Below, piece by piece: positions 48,931 through 62,115 of a stretch of 64,000 nt of DNA; the first letter of the stretch is position 1; each line of letters opens with the position of its first letter. Under the pieces are notes generated by a model, which did no database searches, had not been told where the DNA came from, and worked only from the letters and a program-made list of their open reading frames with translations. The DNA is from Geosiphon pyriformis uo1 (Eukaryota > Fungi > Glomeromycota), in the NCBI GenBank assembly GCA_016748015.1, contig JAAOMT010000369.1, positions 62,001 to 126,000 of the forward strand, written 5' to 3'. The position numbers were made by a program, and so were the translations under genes.

Positions 48931-50437
48931 AATTTATTTCGTTTGAATGCTTTAAATTCTCGAAAAAACATTTTGGCAAGTAATAAGGCTTACTAATTGG
49001 AATTTTGCGTTTGAATACAAATAGAACCAAGAATTTCTCAAAAATTATAAATGAACAGAGCACTTGAAGAAGATTACAATTACAGCCTAAAAGAATCATA
49101 TAAAAATCATTGGGTCATATGACGGTTAAATCGAAATCAGCAGCCCAGGAAATAATAGAACACAAAATTTTCTCAATAAATGATAAATTCCAAGAGTAAA
49201 TAGTTCACTCCTTTTAGCATTTATTTATACACAGCTTTTTTAGATGTTGCATATAAAGCTATTTTTCTTGGTTTTAAATTTTATATCTATTTACTTTTTG
49301 ACTATTGATTTTTTTTGGAATAAAATAAAATTCAAGTTAATTTGTAATCGTTATTATTACTATAATAATATATTTTATCTTTTCTCATATCTATGTTGTA
49401 GCAATTATTGCTTTAACTTTAAAATTAAATTAATATATAATAACTTTTATTAATTTAGGGTAACAATTTTCCAGTTGTTTCTGTTATATTGATTCTAATT
49501 GATGTTATATTCGAAATTATGTTTATTATAAATAATTGAAAGAATGTGAAATTTTTGTATTTACCAAAGTAATTCTCAAAATTTTCAAAGTTTTAATATA
49601 TTCATTGGAATTAGCTTATAAATCAGCATTCTTATTCTAAATATACTTTTTCTTTTTAATAGTGAACTAACAGTATATATATTATAATTATATAAATAAT
49701 GAATATGTTTTATAGTTTCGACATGCCGATTCGAAATATGCCAATTTTTATCTTTTTTATTGCTCTAACATTATATTTGTAATTCCAATTGTTATAAAAT
49801 AAAACAAAATAAAATAAAATAATAAATAACAAAATTAAAAACAATATAAACTAACTAAAATAAAATAAAATTATAATGAAAAAAAAACATAAATGATTCA
49901 ATAAATTATAAACACAAGTTTTTTATTATTCAAGATAATTTTAATAAATAATATTCAAAAAAACAAACTTAGCAAAATTTTAAATTTATATAGATATATA
50001 GATATATATTTATATATATTTATTATTACTTAACAAAAATTAATATTTATTAGTTATTTTTTTTATTGCTTATAATAGTTTAGTCCTTTTACTATAATCT
50101 ATATATTTAGTTGTTAAAATTGACATTATAAATCATCTAAAACATTTATAAATAATAATTATTTTGCTATTATGTAATTAAATACAAATAATAAAATTTA
50201 GTAGAGAAAAATTGAACTTATTCAAAATATAAAATATTCATTTTGTATAATTATAAATAATATATTTTATATATATAATAGTTTTAATTTTAAAAAAACA
50301 ATAATTTATTTATTATTTTAATAAATTTTATGATGATTTCAAAGTTAAATTTTAAACAATATTAATAATAGCCATTTTTTAACTGTTTTGGCCTTTTGGG
50401 TAATTTAAAAAGCAATAATTAAAAATTTTAAAGTTTT

Positions 50438-50473
<36 letters not shown>

Positions 50474-51319
50474 CAAAAAAAAACTTTTACCAAAAAAAAA
50501 AGTGATTAAAAATAAAAAATTGGTTTTATAAGAAATATCTACATTCAATTAAATTATGTTCACAAAGATCTTTAATTTGAAATAATCAAGTTTCTCAAGT
50601 TTGTGAACATTATGTTTTTTAAATAATAGAGAGTATTAAAAGACAACAAAAGTTTGTCCGAAAATTGATTTAAACATGAAACTCATGAATCAGTTAAATT
50701 TTGGGCCCTCAAGTTTCTTTGACTGCCACTCTTTAGTTTCATTGAATAATTATCAAATTCAAATGAATTATTTTTCCACAATAAAAATGACAACATGAAG
50801 GACAATGTATCGCCTTAGAAAAGAGAAAATAATATAATTTTCATATGCATGCAAATTCGAAAAATTAATGTATATTAATCCATAATGAAGACGAAAATGA
50901 CGCGAATGCCCTTCTACATTACTATTAAGCTATGATGATGAAGGGAAATGCGAGTGGAGGGGCAATTATTTCCCGACTCGGATGGTTATATTTTTATTCA
51001 AAATGCCGAAATAGAAGGTCGGAATTTTCACAAAAATGGGCTCATGAATATAATTTTGCGGTTTTTGCCATTCGCTTAAGAGATGTCCATATTTTGTGTA
51101 AATAACTTGTCTTTTACATAATTTTTTCATGGGGGATCTTTAAATTAATTTGCCGAAGATTGAATAAATAATAAATAATAAATAAATTATGATCCTCTAA
51201 AATTAAGTTTTATGAAAGGGGAGAAATGGAAGCAAAAGCAAGGAATAAACATGGTTTATTCTTAGCGACCAGCCTGACTATTCTGGCTCCCATTGGTCAA
51301 GCTCTAATGACAAATTTAT

Positions 51320-54300
51320 TCAGTGGTTTGAATGGAAGGGGTTTGGTACCGCAACAAGAGCAAAATCATCAAGACCCTCAATACCGCCATGGTGATGTTG
51401 GATATGATATTTGAGCCCGTTCTGATTCTTGTATGATTTTATGCAGGTCGTGTGCTTGCATTTGTATGGTTTTTCCGTGGAGCGTTCGTCACTGCAAGTC
51501 TAATCAAGTGAAGATTAAATGGATTTAATTTCAGATTTATAATTTCAGAAAAATAAAATTAGAAATCAAGTTTATTACCTCTTGGCTGAGGTGCCCATAT
51601 TTGTTGTGGTATTTTAGTCCATTGGGATTTTTATACGTCTTTGGGCATCCGGACACAGAGCACTTATATGGCTTGATAACAGGTGACCCTATTTCATCGG
51701 TTGTTGCCATAGGTAGAGGGCCATTCATCGCGTCGGGGATGATGGTGGAAGCCATAGCACACTCTTGAGTCTAAAAAGAGTAGAAGAAAATTTAATGAAT
51801 CAGTTGAGTCTAAGCATTGAAATAAGTAACACAACGATAGTGGCGGATATCACGGATCAATAATTAGTGATAAAAATAACACACCAAGGATAATAGGCGA
51901 TGAAAATTCCATAAATAAAAAAAGCCTCTACCTTGAGAATCTTTCGGCCGGCTCCTTCCACCATTGACAGCTCGGCAGCTCGCTTTTTAGAGGTATTTAG
52001 TACCTGAGCGGAAACCGCAGGAACTCCAAAGGAAACCATAGAGGCCAGGTCTCTATTGCTTTCCCAGAAGAGATTGGTGGTGACTCTGTTTATCGGTAAA
52101 AAAGGTAGGGCGAAAGCCCGTTGTTAGCTAAAACATTTTGATTATAGAAGTGTATTTTTTACCTCTTCTGGGCCGCAATCATTTCATCTTCATCTGAGGC
52201 ATAGGATCGGTTCCTCTTGTTTCCCTCGTGGGAGTTGACAGAGTGAATCACCGAACTAGCAATATTTGAGTGCCCATTACCATCCCTGTGGGCTATCGGA
52301 TTCGATAAAGTTGGAATATTATGTCAAGGATATTTGAAACAGTGAATGTAAAGGATTAAAAAAAAGTATTGGAAATGATATATCAAATAATTAAAATCGA
52401 TTTTTAAACGATAGAAATTGATTCGAATTCGAAAGATTAATCAACATCATACAAAAGATTTACTCACAGTAGCCTGTTGTCAGCGTTGGAGCTGACAGGG
52501 GGCGCTCCTCTGAAACATGAGCCTCAAGGGACAAGGTTTCATCCATGCAAAACAGTGATTCTAACGCTACCCCAAAATTTTCTTCACCTATAGGAAGAGA
52601 ACCAAGCTCCAACGGGATGGAGCGAGTCGACAAAATTTTTATATCGGTGGTTGGAGTAGTCGGAGCCGAATAGTAGCGTCGGGGTTGTTGCTCCGAGTCG
52701 GTAATTGAGCGGGTTTTTGAAGACACCTTTTTTTTGGAGGCCGAGGACTTCATCGTTAGAGAAATCTCCCCAACGTCTTTCAGCGTAGTCCAACCTAAGC
52801 TTTTACTTAATTTTCTTTTACTATCGGGTTGTAGTGGAGGGCTCAGCTGAGAGGCAAAACTTGCGGAGAAGGAAGCTGTCCGTTTTTTCTTTGGTTTATT
52901 TGACGAAAATTCTGCCAAGGTTGGTCCTTCAAGTTGTAAATCCACTGCTGGGATTTTGTCTAGTTGAAGCCATTCAGGTGGTGTAGATACTGAATTTTGC
53001 ATTGCCAACGTGGTAATTGTGTTTTTTTGAAAAGGACTCGATGATCCTGAAAAATGTTCCAATTCAGCTAAATTAACCGTCTTTTGTTGGAATTGGGGAT
53101 CATATGATTTTGAAGGATCCTCCAATTCCTCCAGAATAACTGTATTTTTTTGAAGGTGGGGACACGTTGCCTTTGATAAAGAACGTAATTCTTTCATGCT
53201 AATTGGATCTTGTGATAAGTGGGGACATGCTAATTCTGAAAAGTCCTGTACGTGGGACAGGTTTCCTATAGCTTGTTGGAATGGAACGCATTGTGTTTCT
53301 GAAAGGTAATGTAATTCAGTGACACCAATTTCATCTTTTTGGAATTGGGAACCTTGGGGTTCTGAAAGGAGCTGAACCGGCGATATATTCATTGTGCGCC
53401 CTTGTGACTCTGCTGCCAAATCAATATTATTTGTTCGGATTTGGCCGTTCTGCATTTCAGATACTTGTACATGGTTGAGATTGATGTTAGAATGAAGGCC
53501 TTGAGATCGAAGTGGGTTCTCGTTTTGCGTACAGTTTCGGATTTCTTGAAGAGCCAACATTCCTTCTAAATCTGCTTCAAAAACGGTCGCAGAAATCGCC
53601 CTTTGGAATAAGGAGGCTTCTTGATGTATAATTGATGAGGAACGACGAGAAATCGCAGGTGTAGCCAGTAAAAGGGACGCCCCCCGTCGTTGGTCATGAG
53701 ATTGAGAAACGGCTGGAGATTTCAGTGCAGATGATACTTTTTCAGTGAGAATGGATTGACTTGGTAAAGCGAAGGGTGTGCTTTGCTGAAATTTATTTTG
53801 TCGCACGCCTTGATTTGCTGTTGATGGTGATCCATGAGGATGGGACGTGTCAGGTAAACTGGAGGCGATAATTTCCATCGTTTGGATCTGACGTGTCGAT
53901 TGATTTGAGATTGACGAATCGTTATGAATATTAATCGAAATCGAGGGGAGAACGCCAGGCCCATCGGGCCAATCAAGGTCAAAAGCAAATCCAGGCATAG
54001 GGTTTGGTTCCGGGCTAGTGACACTGCAGTCCGCACACGAGCTTGCTGGGGACCACCCCAATTCGGTAGCTTTGAACGATAAAATATTGTAGAAAGCAAA
54101 TAAACAAATGGCTTTTAACTGTCAAAAAATCAATTCTCGAGAGTATTCTTACTCTCCCCATAGGTCCCCGCTAGACTCTCACCTATCTCGCTGATATAAT
54201 CCCCATGGGTGATTTGCCGGTGGGTGACAAATGAGGGAAAATTTTTGTAATCCATTTTACAGCAGTGGAAATCAAACAGAAAACTATCTTCCGAGTCCCG

Positions 54301-54477
54301 ATGGCTCAGGAAGCCTGAAGACGAAAACTTTCCAAAGTCATTATCTCCGAAAATCTGGGGATAGAAAAGTGTGTCCTCAAGGCTGATTGATGAAATTAGG
54401 TTAAAATTATCGACGGAAATTGTATGGTAAATAAAAAAAGGGAAAGAGGAAAGAGAGTTAAAGTTAGTAAAGGACAT
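51320..54477 (-). CDS. SFP1: SFP1-like C2H2 zinc-finger transcription factor, multi-exon; start codon uncertain
   Basis: C-terminal fingers KPYKCSVSGCPKTYKNPNGLKYHNKYGH and KPYKCKHTTCIKSYKNQNGLKYHIQHHH. N-terminal FLFDFHCC...H...H motif typical of Sfp1. One ~1.6-kb open exon, GT-AG introns, stop at 51320-51322. Confidence 0.8.
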
Positions 54478-54978
54478 CTGAGTTAGTAATTTTATCACAG
54501 AAAAATAATGGTTAATAATTTACTCTCTAACTGCTATTATTGAAAAAATTTCAGAGGAAATGGGTAATAATTTCTTGTCCTAATGTTGTTGATTTTCAGA
54601 GAATTTTTTTGCCAACGTGACTGACTTGTAGGTGAGGCACTGGTCGTTTTTTTTGGCAAAATTTTTTACTCACTTTGTGGTCGCAACACGAGGAAACAAT
54701 GGAGTCGACTGGTTGCCCCTTGTTGGGGAAAGAAAATTGGCAGGATTTTGCGCGATTTGTGCTGAGCTTGCAGAACCAATCAAAATAGAGCTAGTGATTT
54801 GTTCAGTTGCCCGGGGCATCATAAAAAGTCTTTGGAAAACACGAGAGCAAAACTTGAAGAGTTTATTTTTCCTTGTTGCGGTTGGCTTTTAGCGAAGAAC
54901 GTAGCGGAGGGTAACTCTTAATAATGGAAAAGTGACCATCGAAGTTTGGAAGATCAAGTATAGGAGATGGTTGCCTCC

Positions 54979-54986
54979 TATTTATA
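54979..54986 (-). promoter_or_regulatory. Candidate TATA box (TATAAATA) upstream of the SFP1-like gene
   Basis: Motif in a CpG-retaining upstream region with the correct orientation. No transcript evidence. Confidence 0.3.
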
Positions 54987-55992
54987 GAGTAAGCGTGAGA
55001 TTTGAAAATTGTCAGGGTATAATTTCTTATCGCGCAGTCTTTCGATAATTCGAGAAGGTGTCAAAAATTTTGTCGGATAATCCTGACCGAAGATCTAAAA
55101 TGGATAATATAAAATTGTAGGGTAAAAAGAATCGTGGGAAAGAGATTTGATATATAATGATGAATTTGTTTATGTTTTTCCTTTTATTTGTTTGCGAGTT
55201 GAAGAAGAGTGAATGACATATTAAACACGAAAAAGGGAAAAAAAAAACCTGTAACCCGTCTTTACTTTAAATTTTAAAGTAGGTTATTTTGTGACCAAGA
55301 AAAGATCAAGGGAAACAAAAGTTATTGTTATGGGCAAAAAAAAAATTCTGAAATTTTTAATTTTACATACATACAAAAACAACGTCATATCAACATTTTT
55401 TTTTAATTGAAAAGGGAGATAATTAAACATTTAACTGAGCACGAGAATCTCATACCAGGTAGTTATAAAGTATTTCCAAACTGGTAAAAGTGACAACAAT
55501 AAATAAAATATTAACACGTCAACAAATCATTACAGTCACCTGCATAATAAAAATTTCAATGTCTAATTGCCACTTGAAAACTCTAATTTATTCATCTATT
55601 ATATTTCAAAGAGAATTTTGATTGATTGACATTTAGTTTTTGATCAATTAAATTTGTGTCAGTATCAGTCCCGATTAGTAGTTTTGTCTATATATCACGA
55701 GTGTAAACAAAACTCGATCAATAATGTAAAGATTTCTGATTGGGAAGTTTTCCATGTGTCATGAAAATGTCAAAAATACCTTTTATGATAAACGCTTTTT
55801 TGACCAAAAATGTAAATAACTTTGTTTATAAAATATATATTATCATTAATATTCGAAAACTGATTAGATTTTGTTTTACAGATTATATTTTATAAAATGA
55901 ATAAATAATAATAATAATTGCAATTTTAAACTTGGTTGTTTGATCAAAAAATAAAAAAAGAATACAAGAAATTCAATTTTTATTCTTTATAT

Positions 55993-58935
55993 TGTTACGG
56001 GTTGGAGTAACAAGCTAACGGATAGCAAGGGAGAACAGGATTGTAGGGTGATGGAAATAATCAAAAAGAGAATTACAATAAGGGAGCAAATTAAATAAGT
56101 AAGGATTTAATATGCGTGATCAGTCTCATAAAAATCACAGTTACGAGTCTTTTCTGGGAATCTGAAGATAGAGAAATAGTCCATGATTTTTAACAAGATA
56201 ATACTACTATTATTATTTTATGTCTCAACTCAGCAATTCTTAGAATCAATAACAGGTATCATTATGCTTTTCAATCATTTCTTTATTTAATGAATTACAA
56301 GAGCAAAGCAATTGCTTCTTAGGTTAATTTTAACAATACAAATTAAGAAAAAGAAAATATAAAATATGTGAATGCCAACAAGTAATTTTTTATTTTAAGA
56401 TGTTTAAATACTTGAAGGTAGGAAAAAAAAAATAAACAATATGAAAGAAAGTAATTAATAGTGGGTTTTATTTTGTTACTTTTGATTATGTTTTTTTATA
56501 ACTAAGAGACTTATTGCTTATATAGCTATTAAAATTGGTTAATGACCAGATTATTGATCAAGTCAATAATTAGGTCATTGATTATTATCTAAAAATAAGG
56601 TGGCTAATTATATAATATTAGTAACTAATATATGTAATAATTAATAAAAACCATGAGTTTTAATCATAACATTATCCTTTCCAAAAAAATTAAGTTTTAG
56701 CAAAATCAAGTTATTTATGGAATATTTTAATTAAAAAGTTTTTTTTTAGCTTAAAACTAATTAATTTATTGAAGTTTTTTGAGATAAAATAAATATTGTA
56801 TTTAAAAGACCAAATCTTTATATAAAAGTTTTTGGTTTTTTTGGCAATAGTTAAAACTTTTGGAACATCTAACCATATAATACCCAAAATTTTCACCTGT
56901 ATTTCTAAAGTTGTTTTCTTTATAAGCTTTATGTCTTCTATGATTTTTTTAAGTTGACTATAAAATTTTAGTTGTCTTTGATATAACAAGTTTTTGTTTA
57001 TAAATAAGATTTCTTGGATTGTTTTTCTAATTATAATAAAAAGTATAAATATTACTGCTGTTATGCTTTCTAACAAATACTTATCTATTTTGCTACCAAT
57101 TTTTTCTTTTTTGGTAGTGGTTTTCTTTAGTTTAATAACAGTATATGTTTTATTATTATCAGTTATAATTGTCTGTTTTCTAATAGTTAAAGTAACATTT
57201 GGATAATTTTTAGTCTAATACTTATAAAAAGTATAAAAAGTATTTTGAATATTTTAATTCAAGAAATAATTGTTTATGTTAATTAAAAATATTTCTGTTT
57301 TAGAAATAATATATTTATTTATATTTGATTTTTGTTAATTATTTGGATTGGTATTATCACAATAAATAACTAATTAGGTTATTTGTGATATTTTTTAGTT
57401 ATATGTCATAAACAAAATAATCATTAAAGATTGTTTTATATTAATCTTGTAGAATATAAAAACTATTGTTTAAAACTTTGTTAATTATAAAGAGTTTTTT
57501 TACTAATTAAAAAATTTATTATTATAAATATTGTTTCTGTTTAAATAGTATTCTAAAATTAAATTTCCAATACCTAAAGAAAGTTTTTTATAAGTTTTTT
57601 TTAAGCTTTTCTTAAAATTGTTTTTCAAAATCAATTATCTGTATTTCTATTAATAAATCAAAAATAATACCAAGTTTTTTTTACAAATTGTTTTTATAAT
57701 TCTCTATTGTAATTTTTTCAAAGAATATTGTTTTAATATTTGTTTTTATTAGTAGAGTTATTATTTGTTCATAAAACAGATAAAAAGATTCATAACTTGT
57801 TATGTTATAATTTACAGTTTTATAAGCAAACAAAGCTAAAAACAATATTTTGTCTTATAAATTTGGTTTTTTATTAGTTTTGGCTAAAATTTTACATAAT
57901 ATTCTATTGAAATATTCTATTAAATCATTTGTATGAAAATAATAAAAAGAAGAAAGTTTATAATATATTTCTATTTTTCTACAAAATTCTTTAATTAATG
58001 TATTAAGAAAAGTTTTTTCTTTATCAAATAAAAGTTTTTTTGAACAGTCATAATAACAAATAATATTTTTATATATAAAATTGACTATAAAAACTGCTGT
58101 TTAGTTTGGAATAACTTTTGCTTTTATTTACTTTGTAAAATAGTTGGTAGCTGTAATAATATATCTGTTGCTATTAAAAATTATTATTAAAGATCCAAAT
58201 CAATATTAATTCTGTCAAATAGTTAATTAACAAAAATTAGATAAATATCTTCTTTGCATTTGGATTTTTTTTTTTTTGGCAGATATTACAAATTTTAATA
58301 TAATCAGCAATATTTTTTCCAAGATAGACCAATAATAGTAAACAAGTATTTTCTGAATTGTTTTAATTTTTCCAAAGTATTTAACTAATAAATTAGTATA
58401 TATATTGTAAATTACAATTTCTTTTTCTTCAAATCTGATGATTTGTTAAAAGCAATTAAGATTTTTTTTATTTCTTTTGTATAGTTGATTCTAACAGATT
58501 AAATAAAAATTTAATTGTTTTTGCAAATGTTTTTTTTGCTGTTAAGTATAGTTCAGTAAATATTGTCTTTTATACAAAAATTCTATTAAAACAAAATAGT
58601 TATCCAAATCTATTATTGTGTTTGGTTTAAAGAGAAATTACTAATAATTAAGTTAATTTGGTTTGTAAAGTTTGTATTATTACTAAATAGTAAATCTAAA
58701 AAAATATTGGTATTTTGATAATAAACTTTTTTGTAATATTGTATATTATAATCAAATTCATTTAAGTAAAGTATTCAGTAAGTTATTTGTTTATATTCCA
58801 GCTTTTTTTTTTACACAGCCAAATCAAAGCTTAATAATTTGTTATTACCAAAAATTTAGCACCAAAAAAATATTTGTTTTAAAAACTATATTATTATTAG
58901 ACATTTTTGTTTAATAACTAAGTAGTTTTATTTTA
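55993..58935 (-). mobile_element. Second, 5'-truncated Gypsy copy of the same family (RNase H, integrase, ORF3, 3' LTR 55993-56671)
   Basis: Collinear with 17302-20275 but more AT-shifted. LTR TGTTACGGG...CATAACA. Confidence 0.9.
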
Positions 58936-58939
58936 TTGA

Positions 58940-59280
58940 AGAAAGTAATTAACCAGTATAAACTAAGTGTATTTCTTTAGAGAAACTTTGACTAGTAAAA
59001 AACCAGCCAAAAAAAATAATAATAATACAGTAGTCTTTAAAAACAGCTTTTTATTATTACTAACCAAAGAAAAAACTTTCAAAACATTTTAATTAGCTGT
59101 TTCCATAACAGAAAAAACTTTTTTGATTAAAATTTTATAAAATACCAAAAAAAAAGTACTAGTTATAGCTTTTTTATTTTTTGCTTTGATTTTAGTCATA
59201 AAATTAAAAAAACAAAAAATTTATTATATATTGACTTTTTTTTATATTTTATTTAAAACAAAAAATTTTACCATGTATTT
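58940..59280 (-). mobile_element. 5' fragment of the ORF1-only element family
   Basis: Reverse complement aligns to 37905-38210 (AAAAGCTGTTTTTAA..AC, AAGA.ATAYACTTA). ATG retained at 59199. Confidence 0.55.
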
Positions 59281-59639
59281 TATTTTTATTAGTTTTAAAA
59301 TATTATAAATTTAAAAATTCAATTATTTTATTATAAATAATAATTTGGTTTTAAATTTTAATAATATTAAGTTTAAAATAAAAAATATTATAAAAAATTA
59401 AATTAAAAAAAAGTATTATTAAACATAGTTTTTGATTTGTAATATTATTAAAATTTTTTTGGTTTATATTAATAATAACTTAAAAATTAATATATTAAAA
59501 CTTAATTATATTGGTTTTTATAATTTTATTTAGCTAATTATATTTGATAATTTTATTTAGCTAATTATATTTGATAATTTTTTATAATATAATTAAATTT
59601 GTAATAATAATTATATATATAAGTTTATTATTATAATTA

Positions 59640-61710
59640 TTATTAATTATTAAATGAAAAAACATAATATTGTGAATTCTATTAAGAATAAAGAGCTTAA
59701 CATTTTTTGGTCCAAAATTAAAGAACATTTGAGTATTTTGAACAATAAATGTACTAATAAGCTGGCTAATTTAGTATCATATTTGAATTTTATGCTTTCT
59801 GTTTTTGTCAAAGAAAGATTTATTAAAGCTGACAGAATAATAATATTTAGAAATATTCATTATTTTACTTGTGAAGTTTTTAAGACTGTTCATTATGTTT
59901 GTTAAGAAATTGGATTGGATCTGGTATTATTAATAAAAACATGATTAAATATATAGATTGGATTTGGATTTCTTCTGTTTGGCATTTTGACTCACATATG
60001 GTAGCTGGTTTTACAAATAAATTCTTTGCTAATTTACAATCTCATTTTATGAAGGCTTTATACTATTATTTATTAGTCACTGTTTGTAAGCATTTATATA
60101 ATTAGAAGTATTTTAGTGTGTTATGTCTTTATTATAAAGAAATAAAGAGTTCTGACCATTTCTTTGAATGTCCAATAAACTTTATTGCTTGTAAAAATTT
60201 GCTTGAGTTATATATAATTCAGTAAAATACTATATTAGGTTTAAGTTTGCCATCATTTCATGTTTTACAAATGCTTTTTTTGTGTGTTTCTAATATTACT
60301 GTGTATATTGTTTTGTATAAGAGTTTTATGTTTAAGGAGTGGTATTCAGAAACTGTGTTTGTTTTTGATGGTGTTAAGATTACTAGTATTAAAGTTGTTA
60401 ATTTTGTGTAAAGCTTAAGATTGGTCTATCAGATTAAAATTTAGATGATAAGAACTAAATATAGAGTAATTATAAAGAAACAGGATTTGATTGTACATGG
60501 TAGTTTAGTATTTTTCAATATTACTCATAGAAATTTAAGAATTTTTAATAAGAATATAAAGTAGCCAATTAGAAATAAACATAATAAAAAAAAATTTCAA
60601 AATTTTTTTTAAAGAATTGCAGAATTTAAGGAATTTTAAAATTTCTCTTGAAGAATTACAAGATTCTAAAAATTTCAGAATTCCTGACTAAAAAAATTAA
60701 AAGAATCCAAGAAATTTTGTATAACATTAAATATATATATATAGTAAGAATATTAAAAGCAAAAAAGATGGAATTAAGTTTAGAATTGATACCAACAATT
60801 AGTTAAAATTCATTGAAATTACTCAATACTTCTTTCTTTAAAAGATAGTTTTCTACAACTTGAAGTGAACTCAAATTACATATTAATAAAATATTGTTTA
60901 TTATCTAAATTTATGTTATCATTACTTAATTAAAAAATATTAATTACTTTTATTCTATTAATATTTTATGTTAATAAAATTCAATACTTAATTATATTAA
61001 ACCAATAGCTCTTAATTATGACTATTAACAAGATACTAATTTTTTATTTCTTTTTTTATTTTTTTTTATTTTTTTTATTTTTTTTGTTTTGTTTCTTTGT
61101 TGTTTATTATTTGATTAAAAAATTAATACACAGAGTTATTAATGTTAAGAGATATTGGTAAAAGATTCATAAAACAAAAATAGAAACTCGAAAATTGAGG
61201 ATAACTTATCAAAAAAAACTGGTTATTAAGCTAAGAAAAAAATTTACAGAATAAGCTTTTAAGAGGATATTAAAACAATCATTAAATTTCTGTCTATTAT
61301 ATAAAGAACTTAACCAAAATCTTCAGATTACAAAAATCTTCAGAATTATCAATATTATTAAGCTATTAAGCACCAAGTTATAAGTTTGTTATTTGTATCA
61401 AACACTCCAAATAATTATTTATAATACTAAGATTCGTGATCTGTTTTCTCTGTTTTTTAATGATATTATTAAGTTGCTTGAGATTGCTAAAACATTTGAT
61501 ATTAGCTTTGGTTTTTATAAGCTTTATTATTTTTTTTTTGGTATTAATAATACAGTGTCTATTAGAATAGATTTATAATATTGCTCTGATTGGTCTAAGT
61601 GGCTAGTTATATGTAGAAAGTGCATAATTTGCACTTAGTTTAGATCACTTAGTTTGTTGTATTGTATTAGATAGCATTTAAATTTTACTTGTTAAGCATA
61701 ATAAAAAAAA
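59640..61710 (+). mobile_element. 5'-truncated LINE copy E (RNase H end, Zn finger, 3' UTR, A tail), interrupted by a 0.9-kb insertion
   Basis: WSKIKEHLSILNNKCTN and WHFDSHMVAGF...FMKAL. 3' UTR at 61579-61710. Confidence 0.85.
60523..61431. mobile_element. Unclassified 909-bp non-coding insertion
   Basis: Removing it and one ATT copy restores the host frame HGSLVFFNIRDLFSL. Contains internal AGAATT-type sub-repeats. Confidence 0.6.
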
Positions 61711-62115
61711 TTATTATTATTAAAAATAAAAATTGTTTTAATTTTTATATTAATATAATAGTTAATAAATGGTTAAATTTTTTAATAAAATAGATATTAG
61801 TTTTTTGTAATAATTAATTAATTAATTTAATTTTGTGTTAATATTTATTATTCTATTTATAATTAAATTAATAATTTAAATATAATTTATTTTTTGTTTA
61901 ACAAATTTTAAGTCTTTAATAAAGATAATAATAATTTATAAATTAACAAAATAATAAAATTAAATTTGTTGCAAATATTATTTTTAATTCTTTAATAAAT
62001 TAAATCAAAATTTAAACAACAATATAATAATAAACTTTAATAATTTGAATTTATTAAAAAATTTAATTAAATCTTTATTTAATAATATTAAATTAATTTT
62101 GTAATTAATATTATC

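Noticed and set aside
46600-50600. Short ORFs 47511-47753, 48393-48698 and 49244-49453, or DNA from an AT-rich bacterial endosymbiont
   Set aside because: Low-complexity I/K/N/F/L translations with no domains and no gene-dense organisation.
52584-54892. Overlapping or antisense ORFs 52584-52793, 53722-54099 and 54632-54892
   Set aside because: Alternative-frame shadows of the SFP1-like gene or its upstream region, with no independent support.
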